Shown here: positions 27,624 to 28,386 of the stretch, piece after piece
Position numbering within the stretch: position 1 is the first letter of the stretch
Layout: every line of letters begins with the position of its first letter
Source: an uncultured bacterium
Lineage (GTDB): Bacteria; Gemmatimonadota; Gemmatimonadetes; Gemmatimonadales; Gemmatimonadaceae
Reading direction: 5' to 3'
Assembly: GCA_963978095.1 (NCBI GenBank)
Contig: CAXBQP010000040.1
Coordinates: 1 to 28,386 of the forward strand
Length of the DNA stretch: 28,386 bases
The notes under the pieces: model-generated
Told to the model about the DNA's origin: nothing
Seen by the model: only the letters and a program-made list of their open reading frames with translations
Database searches by the model: none
Position numbers and translations under genes: made by a program

Positions 27624-28321
27624 ATGCGTCGTCTCCTCCGCCGTGTGTGGGCCAGTCTGGCACTGATCAGTGCCGGTGGCTCCGCGTCGTGGGCGCAAAA
27701 GCCGCAGGGACCGGGCGCGCTCGAGATTCCAGCGCCGCGCGGGATGGTCAATGACTTCGCCGGGGTGATCCCAGCAGAGCAGGCCGCACGGATCGAACGG
27801 TTGGCACGCGCGGTGCGGGAGGCGAGTCGCGGCGAGATTTCGGTGGTGACGCTTCCCGACATCGGGACGCGCGCGCCTGGGGATGTGGCGCTGCAGATCG
27901 GCCGCGAGTGGAAGGTGGGCGCCGCGGCGGCGGTGGGGGATCGCGCCCGCAACGCCGGGGTTGTGGTGCTCGTGGTGCCCAAAGAGACCGGCACCGACGG
28001 CAAGGGGCATCTGTTCATCGCGACCGGCCAGGGGGCCGAAGGCTTCCTGACGGATGCTCAGACGGGAGATATTCGTCGCGAAGCCACGCCGCTGTTGCAG
28101 AAGTCGGATTACGGCACGGCGCTCGAGTTGATCACGCAGCGGATCGCCGAGAAGTACGGCGCCGAGTTCGGGTTTTCGGTCGACACCCTGTCGCGCATTC
28201 CGGCGGAGCAGCCGATCGGGGCCGAGCGCGAGCCGGGCGGGGGCATTCCTCCCGGTCTCGCACTGCTGCTGTTCGTGGTGATCCTGTTGGTGGCCTCCCG
28301 TGGCCGCAGCGGCGGATGCCT
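27624..28321 (+). CDS. TPM-domain protein (YgcG-like), 3' truncated by adapter sequence
   Basis: VNDFAGVI, EISVVTL, WKVG...RNAGVVVLV, IATGQGAEGFLTD, followed by a TM helix; natural end missing. Confidence 0.88.
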
Positions 28322-28386
28322 AGATCGGAAGAGCGTCGTGTAGGGAAAGAGTGTAGATCTCGGTGGTCGCCGTATCATTAAAAAAA
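28322..28386 (+). other. Illumina TruSeq universal adapter read-through plus poly-A (technical artefact)
   Basis: AGATCGGAAGAGCGTCGTGTAGGGAAAGAGTGTAGATCTCGGTGGTCGCCGTATCATT (28322-28379) is the reverse complement of the TruSeq universal (P5) adapter. Confidence 0.99.

Overview
GC-rich bacterial contig whose gene content (SusC/SusD pairs, short ATP synthase epsilon, FCB-type RpoD/SigA) suggests Gemmatimonadota (inference). From left to right it holds an intact IS3-family (IS407-like) element and an AT-richer island edge with one lipoprotein next to tRNA-Pro. Then come five minus-strand tRNAs (Ala, Gly, Val, Arg, Pro) surrounding a TPR protein gene, a sigma-70 factor with a long basic N-terminal tail, and a first susC/susD pair. 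These are followed by an mlaF-like ATPase, NUDIX and AraC-like operon, the F1 ATP synthase genes atpAGDC, waaA and a DsbA-like gene. The window closes with a second susC/susD locus, two lipoproteins, a barrel-less TonB-plug protein and a TPM protein cut by an Illumina adapter. The most notable signals are a symmetric ~255 bp element after atpC with two inverted hairpins showing compensatory base changes (REPIN/MITE-like or structured RNA), a Rex/CRP-type palindrome on the atp promoter -10, the free-standing plug protein and the histone-like sigma tail.
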